Assembly: GCA_965153285.1 (NCBI GenBank)
Contig: OZ229110.1
Source: Podarcis tiliguerta
Lineage: Eukaryota
Length of the DNA: 64,000 nt
Direction: 5' to 3' (one strand)
Part shown: in pieces, positions 39,244 through 52,266 of the stretch
How positions within the stretch are numbered: position 1 is the stretch's first letter
How the letters are laid out: each line of letters opens with the position of its first letter
Program-made: the position numbers and the translations under genes
Notes under the pieces: generated by a model
Seen by the model: only the letters and a program-made list of their open reading frames with translations
The model's database searches: none
What the model was told of the DNA's origin: nothing

Positions 39244-39989
39244 TGCTGCTTCTTCTTTGGAGATTACTCGTAGCCGAGTAAGATTGTCTTCCATAAACAC
39301 GGTTTTAACAATGAGTCCGTAAGTGACTGTGGAGGCCAGTTCTGGACCCCACACATCCTTCCACAGTGGGACATTAGTTTCCGGGCGGGAGTTGATCACG
39401 GGGTGGATTTGCCAAGTGTGCCTTCATCTTAGCACGTTTCTCCCTTGCATCCTGAGTTCGGGTGTCTTCAAAGCCCATGACACCTTTGGTAAAGGCTGTT
39501 CTCCAACTGGAGCGCTTGCAGGCCAGTGTTTCCCAGTTGTCAGTGTTTATACTACATTTTAAAAGATTTGCCTTGAGACAGTCTTTAAACCTCTTTTGTT
39601 GACCACCAGCATTACGCTTTCCATTTTTAAGTTCAGAATAGAGTAGTTGCTTTGGAAGACGATCATCAGGCATCCGCACAACATGACCAGTCCAACGAAG
39701 CTGATGTTGACGAATCATTGCTTCAACACTGGTGATCTTTGCTTCTTCCAGTACACTGATATTAGTTCACCTGTCTTCCCAAGTGATGTGTAAAATTTTT
39801 CTGAGACACTGTTGATGGAATCTTTTGAGGAGATGGCGTTTATAAGTGGTCAATGTTTCACAAGCATATAGTAAGGTTGGTAGTACAATAGCTTTGTAAA
39901 TAAGCATTTTGGTTTCCCTGGGAATGTCCCGGTCCTCAAACACTCTGCACTTCAATCAGGAGAAAGCTGCACTCAAAGAGCTCAGGCGT
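39244..39989 (-). mobile_element. RTE-clade LINE (not Bov-B), 5'-truncated
   Basis: TKMLIYKAIVLPTLLYACET...RFHQQCLRKILHITWEDR and HQLRWTGHVVRMPDDRLPKQLLYSELKNGKRNAGGQQKRFKDCLK. (AAG/CAG)n tail. 10-bp TSD ttaagagagc / ttaacagagc (39234-39243, 39990-39999). Confidence 0.93.
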
Positions 39990-41377
39990 TTAACAGAGCA
40001 AACAAAGCTAGCTGAGAGTGAAGCCAATGCCTATTCAGCATTGCCTTTATTCTAAATTGCCTTTGTTCTCCATTGGTGATGACATCATCCAGCCCAATGT
40101 GCATTGTTCTCTGACAACCTCATGGTTTCTACGTAGAAGAGCTATTTTACAGACAGAAATTGGCACTGAAGCTACAGCTCATCTGAGCTGCAAACAGTAG
40201 TGAAATACTATGATATATGTAAGCTTCTGTAAGGTCTTTTGGGGAAACTTTTTGGCCCCACCAAATCTCCCTTCAATAGAGAATATTTGGCTCAGCCTTA
40301 TAGGTTCCCCCCCTCATCCTGTCCTAAGGAAGACACTCAGCTATAACTCTGCAATAAATTCTGTATTCTGAACTCACCTGGGATCCACCACAGCAAATTC
40401 CAAAGCTGGATATTTAAAACTACATTTGAGAAGGTGGATTTTCCTCACTGCAAGTTCTTATATTTCATATAGCTTATAGTGTTCAGTATCACCCATGGAT
40501 CTGATCCAGTCACCTGTCTAGTCAAGGATTTTAGGCCTGGAACCCTTAAAGTGAATTGATGTTCATACCCTACTTAAATTGGATTACACTTGTAGCAGTT
40601 TAGGCTTCAATTTTCTTTACAGATTTTTAAAAGGGGTGATGTTTCAAGTTTGGGAATATAGTTCATACAGGATTATGTAGATATGTTGTCATCTTTTTGG
40701 TACTAATTTAGATTAATTTCTCCTGATAATGCAGGCTTGTCTCACTAATTATAACAATTAATAATCCAGAAACGAATTCAGTTGATGATGTCTGTCCACT
40801 TTCCTCACACAGAAGAGATTTGGTATAATTAAAGTAGGACATAATGTCTCCATATTTAGTAGGAAATATATTGGCACACAGGGCCTGTGGCTTTATAGCT
40901 ATATAAATAAAATTGGAACTGAAGATAAGAAGACTTTGATCTCCCAGCTGCCACCTGCAGGCTCATAAAATAGCTGTGACAAAGTAGCAGCAAATAAAGG
41001 CACATCAGCCCAAACTTTAACATTCCTGGTGATGTGCAATGATCAAGACCAAGCAGGAAGCTTAGGAGTAGGGGCAATAAAAGCCCCACTTATTTCTAAG
41101 GAAAGCCTCATATCATATAAGGGTGCAACAATTGGGTGGCTCTGCGAGGGGAAGTGAGCAGATGACCACTGGATGTCTGCATGCTGGGAATGGAGGAGGA
41201 AATATTGTTTTGGTCCTGCTTTTTCAGTGTTTACCCTGAACTGATGCTCCCAAATAAGCTTGTGAGTTGGAACCCAACTCCTAGCTAGGTTATGTGCTTC
41301 TCTAGATTTTGTGAAGGTGCACAGAGGAAAAAAGTATTGCGTGTTAAAAATGTGTACAAAATGCTTAATATACAGGG

Positions 41378-42413
41378 AAGTGCTGCATGGTGATGAATGT
41401 TGCTCATCAGTTGGCTGTCTTTTATACCAGTAACAAGAATGTACCTAAAGCTATGAAGACATCAGGAGTTCATTTTCAGGTTATGTATGAGCATCTGCAA
41501 GAACTGCCGGCAGTTTTACTGGCACTGAATAAGATAATGGACAACCTGAAAGATCACTGGACTATACACAAAGGGTTATTAAAATCTGTCCATCATAATC
41601 CTTCTAAATTTGGGCTCCAGGAAGGTAAGGGGGAGCCATTTGAGAAGTTATTTAAAATTGTAAAGCCAATTACTGAATGAGACAACAAGAAGAAGAAGAA
41701 GAAGAAGAAGAAGTTATTATTTATACCCCACCCATCTGGCTGGGTTTCCGCAGCCACTCTGGGTTGCTTCCAACAAAAGATTAAAAATACATTGAAACAT
41801 CAGTCATTAAAAATTTCCCTGAACAGGGCTGCCTTCAGATGTCTTCTGAATGTCAGGCAATTGTTTATCTCTTTGACATTTGATGGGAGGGCGTTCCACA
41901 GGCCAGGCGCCACTACGAAGAAGGCCCTCTGTCTGGTTCCCTGTAACCTCACTTCTCACAATGAGGGAACTGCCAGAAGGCCCTCGGCGCTGGACCTCAG
42001 TGTCCGGGCAGAATTTTGGGGGTGGAGATGCTTCTTCAGGTATACTGGGCTGAGGCCATTTAGGACTTTAAAGGGATGATATTCCAGGCTTATATATAAC
42101 AGCAATTTGATTGCCTCAATGGTGGAGTGTCAGTGTTGAACAGCACTTTTGCTGAGGAGTTCGTGCACATATTCACAATTTTTTGGCAAATGTGGGAGCT
42201 AAGGTGGACCCTTTGTGCATTGACATTATTGTTTGTAAAAGTTCTTATATTGTTTGTCTAGTGGCAAACTTAAATATTCTTTTCTGTGTTTATTTGCACA
42301 AGGTGGAACCCTCAGGAATATGTAGGAATTTGTGGGCTCTTTGTACTGCATTTTCAGATTTTTCAGACAGTAGACAAGAAATTTAGAAATTGTTATTGGA
42401 CATTTGCAAAAAG
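41378..42413 (+). pseudogene. WASHC4: WASH complex subunit 4 (SWIP/KIAA1033) retrocopy fragment, split by L2
   Basis: 41387-41680 [72 protein letters not shown] matches WASHC4 as I recall it (VMNVVHQLAALY...GVHFQTMYEHLGELL...[23 protein letters not shown]). After the L2 it resumes at 42074 as MIFQAYI*QQFDCLNGGVSVLNSTFAEEF..ANVGAK, and from 42303 as [32 protein letters not shown]. Stops and frameshifts are present. Confidence 0.9.
41714..42074 (-). mobile_element. L2 3' fragment inserted in the WASHC4 retrocopy, with a (GAA)n run at 41687-41713
   Basis: Reverse complement of the same L2 family as 23230-23580 (gggctgccttcagatgtcttct, gggagggcgttccacagg). Confidence 0.92.
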
Positions 42414-44971
42414 CTGAATATTTTCTAATCTTCCTCTGATAAATTTCACAAACAACATAAAAATAAAAGTTTTTTTTTGGGGGGGGGGGAAATCCTTGTT
42501 AACCTCCTGTCCCTGTTTATCTCTGCTGAAGTCAAGCTATGCAACCTTTCTTGTAATATTTTGTTGCAGTAATGATTTTCTAATATGCAGTTCTGTTTCA
42601 GTGAGTGAGACTGACTGATTTTCTCAGCAGTATTAATACACTGCTTACAAATGTGGCACACAACACTACAATAATTATTTCTAAATAAACATTCATAAAT
42701 AAAAATTAGCATATAGAAGTTTAATTAATAAATGTGTCCTTTTTGTGGAAGTTTTTCACAGGCCAGCATGTCCCCCAAATTCAGCATCGTGCTGGCCCAG
42801 GAAGTGGGTAGAAGACTGCGTACCAATTGGCCAATCACAGGTCAGCTGGCCAGCTAACTCTGCCCCTGATGTAGACCTGAATGGGCCAGCAGGCTTCACT
42901 CCAGTCAACATCTCCGATATTTAAACTTATCCAGCCTCCACTTCCTTGCCCATTCCCTCATTAAAAAAAATCTGTCATGGAGGTTCATTTGCCTCCCCTG
43001 GACCGTTGGCTGGTCCACTTCCAACACTGGGTTTTAAACTCTCTGTGTGTGTGTGAAAACTAAGGAGAACAATAATTTTGCCTTATCCTTTGCCTAGTCT
43101 TGGCTTCCCTTTAAATCTGATTTTATATTCTCTTCCCCAAAGGCAGGCAGCTTCCCCTGGGCTGGCAGCTGATGATTTCTTCATGGAAAATGGGCCATCG
43201 TGTGCAAAGCCACACTCTTAACAATCAGTGGTTTCGAGCTGTTTGTTTTTCAAATACTTTAATTGCATGGTCTGCCCATAAGTGATCAGTTCTGAAAATT
43301 ATATCTCCGCGCTAAGTGCAACCATATGGATGGGAAAATAAGACATTTCTTAAAAGAGCTAATTCTTGCCCCCATAAGAATAAAAGCAAACAAACAAATA
43401 CCCATATGGGTGCTCACTCCATCATTTGCTTGGATTTTGGTAAATTTCATATAAACATTTCCCCTGTAATGGGATGAAAGTAAATCTAGATTTATATTGT
43501 TACATAGGGGCCGCAGCTTTCACATTCTGGAAGGCAACTCAGATGTGTTGATTTCAGACGGGCTGCTGAACTGATGTGGAGGCAACTTCTTCTAGCTACT
43601 CTGAGGAAACTTAAAACTCATTTTCAGAGGCAGTTTACTTTTGTTGCACATTTGGGTCTGGCACTTGGTTTTCATTAGCAGCTCTGCTATCCCCGCTGGT
43701 CAAAAGGGACAGAAAAAGAGAGAGATTCCTCGTGTTCTGTGTTCATCCTCAAATGGATTAAATTACCTGTTTGTATAATTTGGAGGCTAATGGAAGGATA
43801 TGAGGTGCCATGCGGGACATAATTCATGTCGGAGAAAGACACACAGTGCCATATACTGGACTGAAGTGGAATAGAACCCAACAGATAAAGCTGATCTTAA
43901 TCCTTGGGAAAAATCCTTATGAGACAGTGGTGCATGGTTCTGTTCTTCTATCTGGAAAAAAGCAGATTGTGTGCCAGTAGCTTGGAAGAAGTAAACTGAA
44001 CATACAGAGTGATAAGATTGAACTGCCAGGTTCTACTCTATTTGAGCAGGATTGGATTTTGATTTTTTCAAAGTTATTTTTTGAGTTTGGATTCTGCTCA
44101 AACGTCAGGATTAGATCCAGATATTCCAGGAAGGCCAGCACAGTTCAGCAGAACACATTTGTTTAGTCTGGATGTAAGAATCACAGGGATTCATGAGTAG
44201 CCAACAAGATTCCAGAATGACTGTTCTGGGCTCCATTCAAAATGGCCCTGGAATGACTGCTAGGCCTCTTCACATATTTACAGAGACTTTTAGTCTTCTG
44301 TATGTCACCACACCATATCGGCATGGAGGCATCAATAGCCTCAAGAACCATGAAAGAAATGAACTGGATTTGGGCAATATGCCCATTTGAGTTCTGTTTC
44401 GACACGGGCAGAATGGTTAGCTGCTGTTTCAAATCTGAACACCACTTGAAGCAGAATTTGCTGGCAATTTGCTACCAACCCACAGAGGTTCTGGGAAATT
44501 TTCTATGCGTGTAAACAGCGGGTCTTTAAACTCAAGTGGCTCATGCCTTTCATTTATATTTTGGAATCAGGAAAAGAAAGGCATAGAATACCAGAAAACC
44601 ACTATATCAAAATATTTCACCCCCCTGTAATTCAGAAGACGAAGTATTAGAAAATATTATATGCTTTCAGGAAAAAATATTAGGGGCTTGCATTGGCTCT
44701 CAGTGAATAATGAGGTTTATCAGGGTAAATTGACAGGCTTCCCCAGCTCTTGAGTCAAAACACAATACAAATAACAGTAAATAAAATAAAAAATAAATAG
44801 CTGTATATAAATAGTCATATATAAATAAAATATAAATAGCTCTCCTCCCCAAGTCAGATCAGAGATCCACAACCCTATTGTTGCTCTGTAGTTTCTATAC
44901 ACTATAGCTCCAAGTTTTCATATAGGCATGTGTTTTCCAAGAAATGAGGCTGTTTAAAATATTGCATAATA

Positions 44972-45181
44972 CAGTGGTACCTCGGGTTAAGTGCTTAATT
45001 CGTACCGGAGGTCAGTTCTTAACCTGAAACTGTTCGTAACCTGAAGCACCACTTTAGCTAATGGGGCCTCCTGCTGCCGCCGCGCCGCCAGAGCACGATT
45101 TCTGTTCTCATCCTGAAGCAAAGTTCTTAACCTGAGGTACTATTTCTGGGTTAGCGGAGTCTGTAACCTGAAGTACCACTG
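44972..45181. mobile_element. Tigger-like MITE
   Basis: cagtggtacctcgggttaag...gtaccactg. Third copy of the family, with a small deletion near the right TIR. Confidence 0.9.
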
Positions 45182-47944
45182 TGTACACACACACACACAC
45201 ACATGTACATATAAATATATGTTAAAGCACAGCAGTGGAGCATTATTTTTCTTTAAAGGTAAAGCTTCATTTTGGTTTTTTAAAATCTGCTTTAATGACA
45301 ACAGCAACAACAACCCCAAAAGCCCTTAAGAATTGTCCAGTCAACATTTGGACAGTGACACATTGCAAGGCCTATAGGAGGCCAGCAAGGCCTGTCTAAA
45401 GACACCAGCACCAGAAAGGCAAGGTCAGCCTGAGGGAGCAAAGTTTTTTTAAAAAAATGTACAAGCAAGAATATATACTACTCAGCCACTTCTTAATTAT
45501 TTTAAGGTTAGAAAGAGCAAGAAATGAACCTCAGATTCTTCTCCCTGCTTCCCCTGCACCACAAGGGATTATAAAGGAAAGTGAATCCCTTTTACGTCTC
45601 CCACAAAAAGTCCCTGGAACTATTTGTCTCAAGTTTGGCAAGCATAATCTGCTCTGTGCCTGTAAATCTGTGCCTGTAAAGTTCATTCCTTTGGCCAAAA
45701 GGGGTGGGGGGAACTTGGGGCCTTTTTTGTTTCCTAATTTCAGTCAGCTTCATTTTGCACAGAGCAGCTTGGAACCCAAAACCTAGATCAAAGCAGAGAG
45801 AGTGCGCAGCCACCGAGAAGCAAATCAGAATTTTAAAAAATATAACGATACAAGGTTAATCTTTGTGCCTTTGCACACCCCTAAAATCTACTATATATTT
45901 TAGAAAGTGGTTTGTTTGTCTGATTTCTACACATTCAGATGCCTCTTGAGCCCACCACATTGTGGACTAGTTCAAACTTCAATGGCAGTGGACATTGGAG
46001 ATTACCAGTGCATGGGCGACAATGGTCAGCCTGAAATGGCCATGCCAGTCACAGCTGGTAAAAAGGGATTTCTAACTGCTGAGGACACCTAGGTCTTAAT
46101 TATAGAGCTGGATCCAAGAGCACTCCCACACTACAAGTGTGTTCCTTCAGGGGTAGTATAATCCCATCCATAGCTGATAATTGACTATCTGGAGACTTGA
46201 ACTGCTTACCCTCTGTCTGCAGATGCTGCTAGCTCTCATTCAGTCCACCACCAAACCCAGGCTGATCTAGTCTGGCCACGTCTGCTGTGGTATGCAGGCA
46301 GCTGTCAGGATGCTCTGGCAATCATGGTAGAGGGTGAAAATTGCCCTCCAAGCCTCCTGCCCCCACCCAGGCTCAGCAGGGGATGGCGGCGCCCACAATA
46401 TTAGGGAGCTCAACCCCCTGCCTCAAAATATTGAGGCGGCTCAAGCCCCTTCTGCCCCCTATAGCTGGCACCCCTGGCAAGAATGGCTCATCTCTTTAAT
46501 GGAACTAGTTAAAAAAACACTCACACTTCATGTCACATTCATGGAGCAAGATGGGAATCACGGGGAGGGAATGCATTTAAGTTCAACATTGAGATTTTCA
46601 GAAAATTCCATCCCTGCCAGCAGCACAGTGATGTTTCTTGGTTTCAATATTTGAAATGAGGGAAGCTTAGCTAGAATTGTCTATAAAGACAGGTTCGTGG
46701 AAAGAATCTTGCAGAGTATTTCAAGTCATTCTCATCCAGAAGTATGTCTTTAACACTCACTTGCCATCTTGGGATCATGAGTAGAGAGTAGCAGCCATCA
46801 TGTATACCTGACTTGGGAATCACAATCTTTGCCTCTACATCTGGATCTTATTACCTTCATCCAGACCTTGCTGGCTTTTAAAATGGATTACTGCTGAGCT
46901 CTTTAATTGGATTTGCCCCACAAAAGACCATTCAGAATTTGCAGTGAGATCCACCCACATGGACTTCTAAAATGCACCTCTTCCACTAATGAGGTATCCA
47001 AGACCTGTATTCCTTTGGGGAGCCTTTCTCCTCCACATAAAACAGAGCAAGGGGCCATCCTCACTGCACTGATAGGAATACTTCAGTACCTGGACAAAAA
47101 TATCGAAATGAGTTTGGAAATTTAAGACTTTCACTCTGCCGTTGTAGAATGTTCTGACTAGCCTACCACTTGGTGATGTATGTTTTCACGGTTTGGAGGA
47201 GAGCAAGGGTTGCTAACCTGTGGCCATCCAGATGTTGTGACATTAGTCCTAACTCACATAGCGGATGATCAGGGATGATCGAGTTGTATCCCCCCAAAAC
47301 ATCTGGAGCACAAGAGGTTCCTCACCCCTAAAATAGGGGATAGGACATTATTAAGTTTGTTTCTTTGAGGAATAAATGGATTTCCCTTTTTCTATCTGCG
47401 GCTTCTTGCTTTGTCACAACACAGGTAGGTTGCTCAATGAACAATAATGAACAATGCAAATTACCAGGGCAGATTCTTTTACCTAATAAATTATTTTTTT
47501 AAAAAATGGCCTAATGATCCAAGAATACAATGATACTGTCTTACAAGCTGTGCCATGTCAATAGAACCACCTGCTTGACAACCACCTGCTTGACAAGTGT
47601 TCTCTTCTTCTCAAAGTCTTGCATGTACGTGCTTATGTTGGGACAGACTGACAGCAACAGACCAGTAGTCTTCAGGCTTTTCAGACCCAGGATCCAGCTT
47701 TAAAATATGCATTTTGGGGACCCATTTCTTCTTCTTTTTACCATGTATTTGTGCAATAGTGGTTCTGCTGTTGTGAAGAACCATAGACCAGGCTGCAACC
47801 ACGTAGTGAGTCCTGACCCACTAGTTGAAGACTAATGCAATCGACAGCCACATCAGCTGTGGCCTCTACTGGGCAGAGATGACTTGACTTGTAGCATCCA
47901 GAACATTTAGACTTGAGTGCTGTAATGGGTGGTACATGGGATGA

Positions 47945-48030
47945 TTGTTTGGAAACACCAGCCAGTTCTAAATGCCGCTGCTAGGCTGTTGACTGGGACT
48001 GGCCAGTGGGAGCATATCATGCCTCTCTGG
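47945..48030 (+). mobile_element. L2 ORF2 relic
   Basis: Encodes an NAAARLLTG..WEHIMP-like motif. Confidence 0.55.
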
Positions 48031-48052
48031 TGTGAACATATCTTGCCTAGAG

Positions 48053-48103
48053 TGTTGTTGTTGTTGTTTAGTCATTTAGTTGTGTCCAACTCTTCGTGAC
48101 CCC
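48053..48103 (-). mobile_element. Bov-B extreme 3' end (~50 bp)
   Basis: (TTG)n followed by tttagtcatttagttgtgtccaactcttcgtgacccc. Confidence 0.8.
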
Positions 48104-48185
48104 AGTGACAGATTAACAATAAGTGATATGTATGCCATTCCCTATCATTTCCAGAAACAGGTCCTGCTGAATTCAGTGGGGCTTT

Positions 48186-48418
48186 GTTGTTGTTGTTTAG
48201 TTGTTTAGTCGTGTCCGACTCTTCTTGACCCCATGGACCAGAGCACGCCAGGCACTCCTGTCTTCCACTGCCTCCCACAGTTTTGTCAAACTCATGTTGG
48301 TAGCTTCGAGAACACTGTCCAACCATCTTGTCCTCTGTCATCCCCTTCTCCTTGTGCCCTCAATCTTTCCCAACATCAGGGTCTTTTCCAGAGAGTCTTC
48401 TCTTCTCATGAGGTGGCC
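48186..48418 (-). mobile_element. Bov-B 3' fragment
   Basis: Reverse complement of the Bov-B end at about 3047-3283, with a (CAA)n tail. Confidence 0.93.
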
Positions 48419-50066
48419 TAGGCAGCCCCTATTATGAAGTCTCAGAACAAAGAATATCTTGGAGTGCTTGGAGGCAGTCTTAGAAGTGTAAATCCCATGG
48501 AGATTCGGGTTGGGGTAGGAGATTCTGAATCATGACCCAGAGGAAGCAGACGTCAGGAGAACAGGCTGTGACAACACAGACCTTTCTTGAGTAAGAAGAC
48601 TCTCTTCCCACCCCAGTGTCAGGTTGATTGGAACTGAACGCAGCACTTCCATTTGGGTCACTTCTTATTTCATTCAAGTTGGCTTTGCTTAATCCTTCTT
48701 GAGGTTTACCAGTTCTTCTTGAACCTCATTTTTCTTCTCTGATCCTGCCGCCTCTGCCATCCATCAGGAAAAGTTGTTTAGATCTCTAAATCTCTGCTCT
48801 GGAATAATTTTTTAAAGGTCTCTGCAAGGGGATAGGTGCCAAACACCATCCTGGACTCCCCCTTAAAAGAACTGTTCAAAGGAACAGCTTACACTTTCGA
48901 TGGATGCCTTTTTCCAAGGGAAATAGAAAAAAATAAAGCAGCCACCAAGAATAACATCCGATTTAATGCTGCCAGCCTATTTTATGTTTTTTTAAAAACC
49001 AGTAAATTTTATCCAACATAGTTTCTGGGAAAGAAAAAAAAAAAGCTTAAGAGAGAGATCCACATATTTATAATCATTTTCAAGAAGGCGCAGACTAGTG
49101 CTTGCTCCAAACCAACCGTGGTGAGGACTGGCTTCTTACCATCATAGAAATAGAACTCAGAGTGCAGCTGGACCTTTCTCATGAGAAGAACATGTCACTG
49201 ATGCTGAAAATGTGTTCGTTCAAAGTCCTGTGACTTCACATGGAAAATATTGTGCTGCTTAATTAACGGCAATAAGGAGAGATGAGGCATTGCCTTGTAG
49301 AAAAAGCAACCCAAACACTCAAATCACTCTCCAAAAGGAAAACAAATATGGCAATATAAAGGTCTGGGAGTTTCAAACTGTGTGTGTGTGTGTGTGTGTG
49401 TGTGGAGACAGAGAGAGAGAGAGAAGAAAATGAAGCATTTGGGATAGAGTGCCCATAGAGTCCAGCATCCTGTTCTCACAGCAGCCATCCAGATACCAAC
49501 AGGAAGCAAGATTTGAGCACAACAGCACTCTTCTCACCTGCAGTTCCCAGTAGAATCACACCTGGAATTGCACTTTGCAATAAAAGAGACTTTTCATTAT
49601 TAGGTCTGTGCAAGGTACTCCAGATTTGGTTCAGGGCGCAATTCAGTGATCCCGATCAGGCCCTAAGCTGGACTGATCTGAGCCTACCCCAACCCTAATT
49701 CCAAGCCAAACTGAGGGCCTAACATGGCCCTGATGGTGAATTAGTGTGTGAAACCCTAATTAATTATGTGGTGGACAATGAGGGTGGAGTGGGAGAAACA
49801 GGCAATGAAGCAGAGCCCCTTCCCTGCCTTGTCTTTTTTTTCTCCCCTTTCCTCACCTCCCCACTGCCCCAACTTGCTCCAAAGAAATTCCAGAGCCACC
49901 TAATTAGTTTTGGGATTATGCTGAGCCCAGATACATAGCCAGATTTTTTTAACTGCAAAAGGCTGGTGGAAGATACTTCTGTTTGATTTCAGGTAATTCC
50001 TTCTTCACCTTGCAGCCTCATATGACACACTGCTCACAGGAGTCCTCAACCTCTGAAGGCAGTTTT

Positions 50067-50206
50067 NNNNNNNNNNNNNNNNNNNNNNNNNNNNNNNNNN
50101 NNNNNNNNNNNNNNNNNNNNNNNNNNNNNNNNNNNNNNNNNNNNNNNNNNNNNNNNNNNNNNNNNNNNNNNNNNNNNNNNNNNNNNNNNNNNNNNNNNNN
50201 NNNNNN
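50067..50206. other. Assembly gap (140 N)
   Basis: Run of N. Confidence 1.
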
Positions 50207-50720
50207 TGCTTTCCGCTTGCTCACCTATTGGATACAGCCCATAAATGTTATTACAATGGATACAAGATACTGCAAATGTATGACATTCCACTTCTGCAGG
50301 AAATAACCCTCATCTCCTTCATCTGACATATATGGCTGAAAAAGTAATGAGATTGACTTGTAAGCAAAGGTTACAACAGATGGGATCCAGCATGGAACTA
50401 AAAGTAGCCAGATGGAAGGTGTTCTGGTCTCTGAGGCCCTGTCTGCACTATAAATTGAAAGCAGCCTCATACCACTTTCAACAAGCTATGGCTTCCCCCA
50501 AAGAATCCTGGAAACTGTAGTTTCTTAAGGGTGCTGAGAGTTATTTCCCTTACCTTATTCACTGGATAAGGTGACCAACAGATGAGTCATTATTTCCATT
50601 AAAATATTTTGTGAGTCCTTGTGTATTCACAGTGGTGCAGCACCTGGAACCAGCTACGTGGTCATGCAACATTTCAGGGTCATATTCCAAGAAATGTTAC
50701 CAGACTAAAACCGAGTGTCC

Positions 50721-51080
50721 GGGACGTGGGTGGCGCTGTGGGTAAAAGCCTCGGCACCTAGGGCTTGCCGATTGAAAGGTCGGCGGTTCGAATCCCCGCG
50801 GCGGGGTGCGCTCCCGTTGCTCGGTCCCAGCGCCTGCCAACCTAGCAGTTCGAAAGCACCCCCAGGGGCAAGTAGATAAAGAGGGACTGCTTACTAGCAG
50901 GAAGGTAAACAGCGTTTCCGTGTGCGGCTCTGGCTCGCCAGAGCAGCGATGTCACGCTGGCCACGTGACCCGGAAGTGTCTCCGGACAGCGCTGGCCCCC
51001 GGCCTCTTGAGTGAGATGGGCACACAACCCTAGAGTCTGTCAAGACTGGCCTGTACGGGCGGGGGTACCTTTACCTTTAC
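50721..51080 (+). mobile_element. Sauria SINE, full-length, CpG-rich young subfamily
   Basis: gggacgtgggtggcgctgtgggtaaaa (A-box), ggttcgaatccc (B-box) and (ACCTTT)n tail. TSD ctaaaaccgagtgt / ctaaaactgagtgt (50705-50718, 51081-51094). Confidence 0.95.
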
Positions 51081-52266
51081 CTAAAACTGAGTGTGCGAAG
51101 AGTCCTGGGCCCCTGAAAACACCAGTGAGGCTTTTCTAAATACTGCTGTTAATTTTGCTCTCAGAACATTAGGAAGGCCCTGTTCACATTCATCATTGCT
51201 CATCAGCAATCCAGAATGCACTTGGAACCAGTGTCCAAAGGATCATGTGCTGGTACAACTATGAGCAGGGCTTTTAAAATCATTTTAAGAGAAGCACAGA
51301 CCCCCTCAGCCACCTCATACAGTAAACAAGAGCAACACAACCCGTCCTCCTCCTGGTCCCATGAAATCACTACAAAGTTTTCTGATACTCCCTGAAAGCT
51401 GCGTACGTTTCCTCACCAAATTTGCAAGGGGTGAATGGACTTTAGGAACATTTTTTGATCCAGCTTTGGAGTACAGAGTCCAAGTGCTATTAGGACAGTT
51501 CAAGGGTCTCCCATCCCTGTAAACTTGACACATTCTCTTTGCAAGCTCAACTCACTTTAATTGCTTCCTGTCGAACAGAGCAGAGGGATTAGTGATATAC
51601 AGGCTTTGGTTTTAATAGCCTTTCTGAATTGCCCCAATGTCAGTTCCTTTTCCTGTGAGGAAGGGGGATTAAATACATACTTTCTCTCATGATTGCCTGC
51701 CTCTTTTTCTATATATAGTGCTATTTCAACATTTTGAATAGACAAGACAAAAATAAGAGGAATTCAGTAACTAAAGCCTCCATTTTCCTCCCAGGGAGAG
51801 AACTGACAATAGGTGGAATTCAGATAAGTTACTCCAGGACAGCAGCAGAGGCTATCTGTCATTAGCCCCAAAATTCAGGTAAAAAAATGCAAATAGGAGA
51901 CTTCCAATTAGCACAATAAAATAACATTAATTAGACATTATAGAAAAAGATATTGACCTTGTAGAAAGACATCACTGGATAATACAGGGATATTTATTTA
52001 GTGTTATGTGGAATGTTTCTTTCAATTTCACATCCAGGAAACTGAGAAAAGCAGTCTTTCAGCTACAATGGTGGGCTTCTATGTGGAAGCCACACTAGGT
52101 TTTAATTGTCATTCTGTTATTTCAGAGCAAGACAACCAGATCATCTGACTTGATTACTACGTAACTTTCCCTGAATGTTACTTTCACAGTGATTTCAGAA
52201 TGACACATTCTACATCTGAATAGAGTCACTGGCTGATACTTTGTATTTAGGTGGGTTAGTACTGCA

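Noticed and set aside
41387-41680. 97-aa ORF as a functional WASHC4 exon or retrogene
   Set aside because: It is an internal fragment with a deletion and a terminal frameshift, interrupted by L2, and the downstream part has stops and frameshifts.
42670-42735. Clustered AATAAA signals as a host gene 3' end
   Set aside because: AT-rich context with no upstream terminal exon identified, so it cannot be distinguished from chance.
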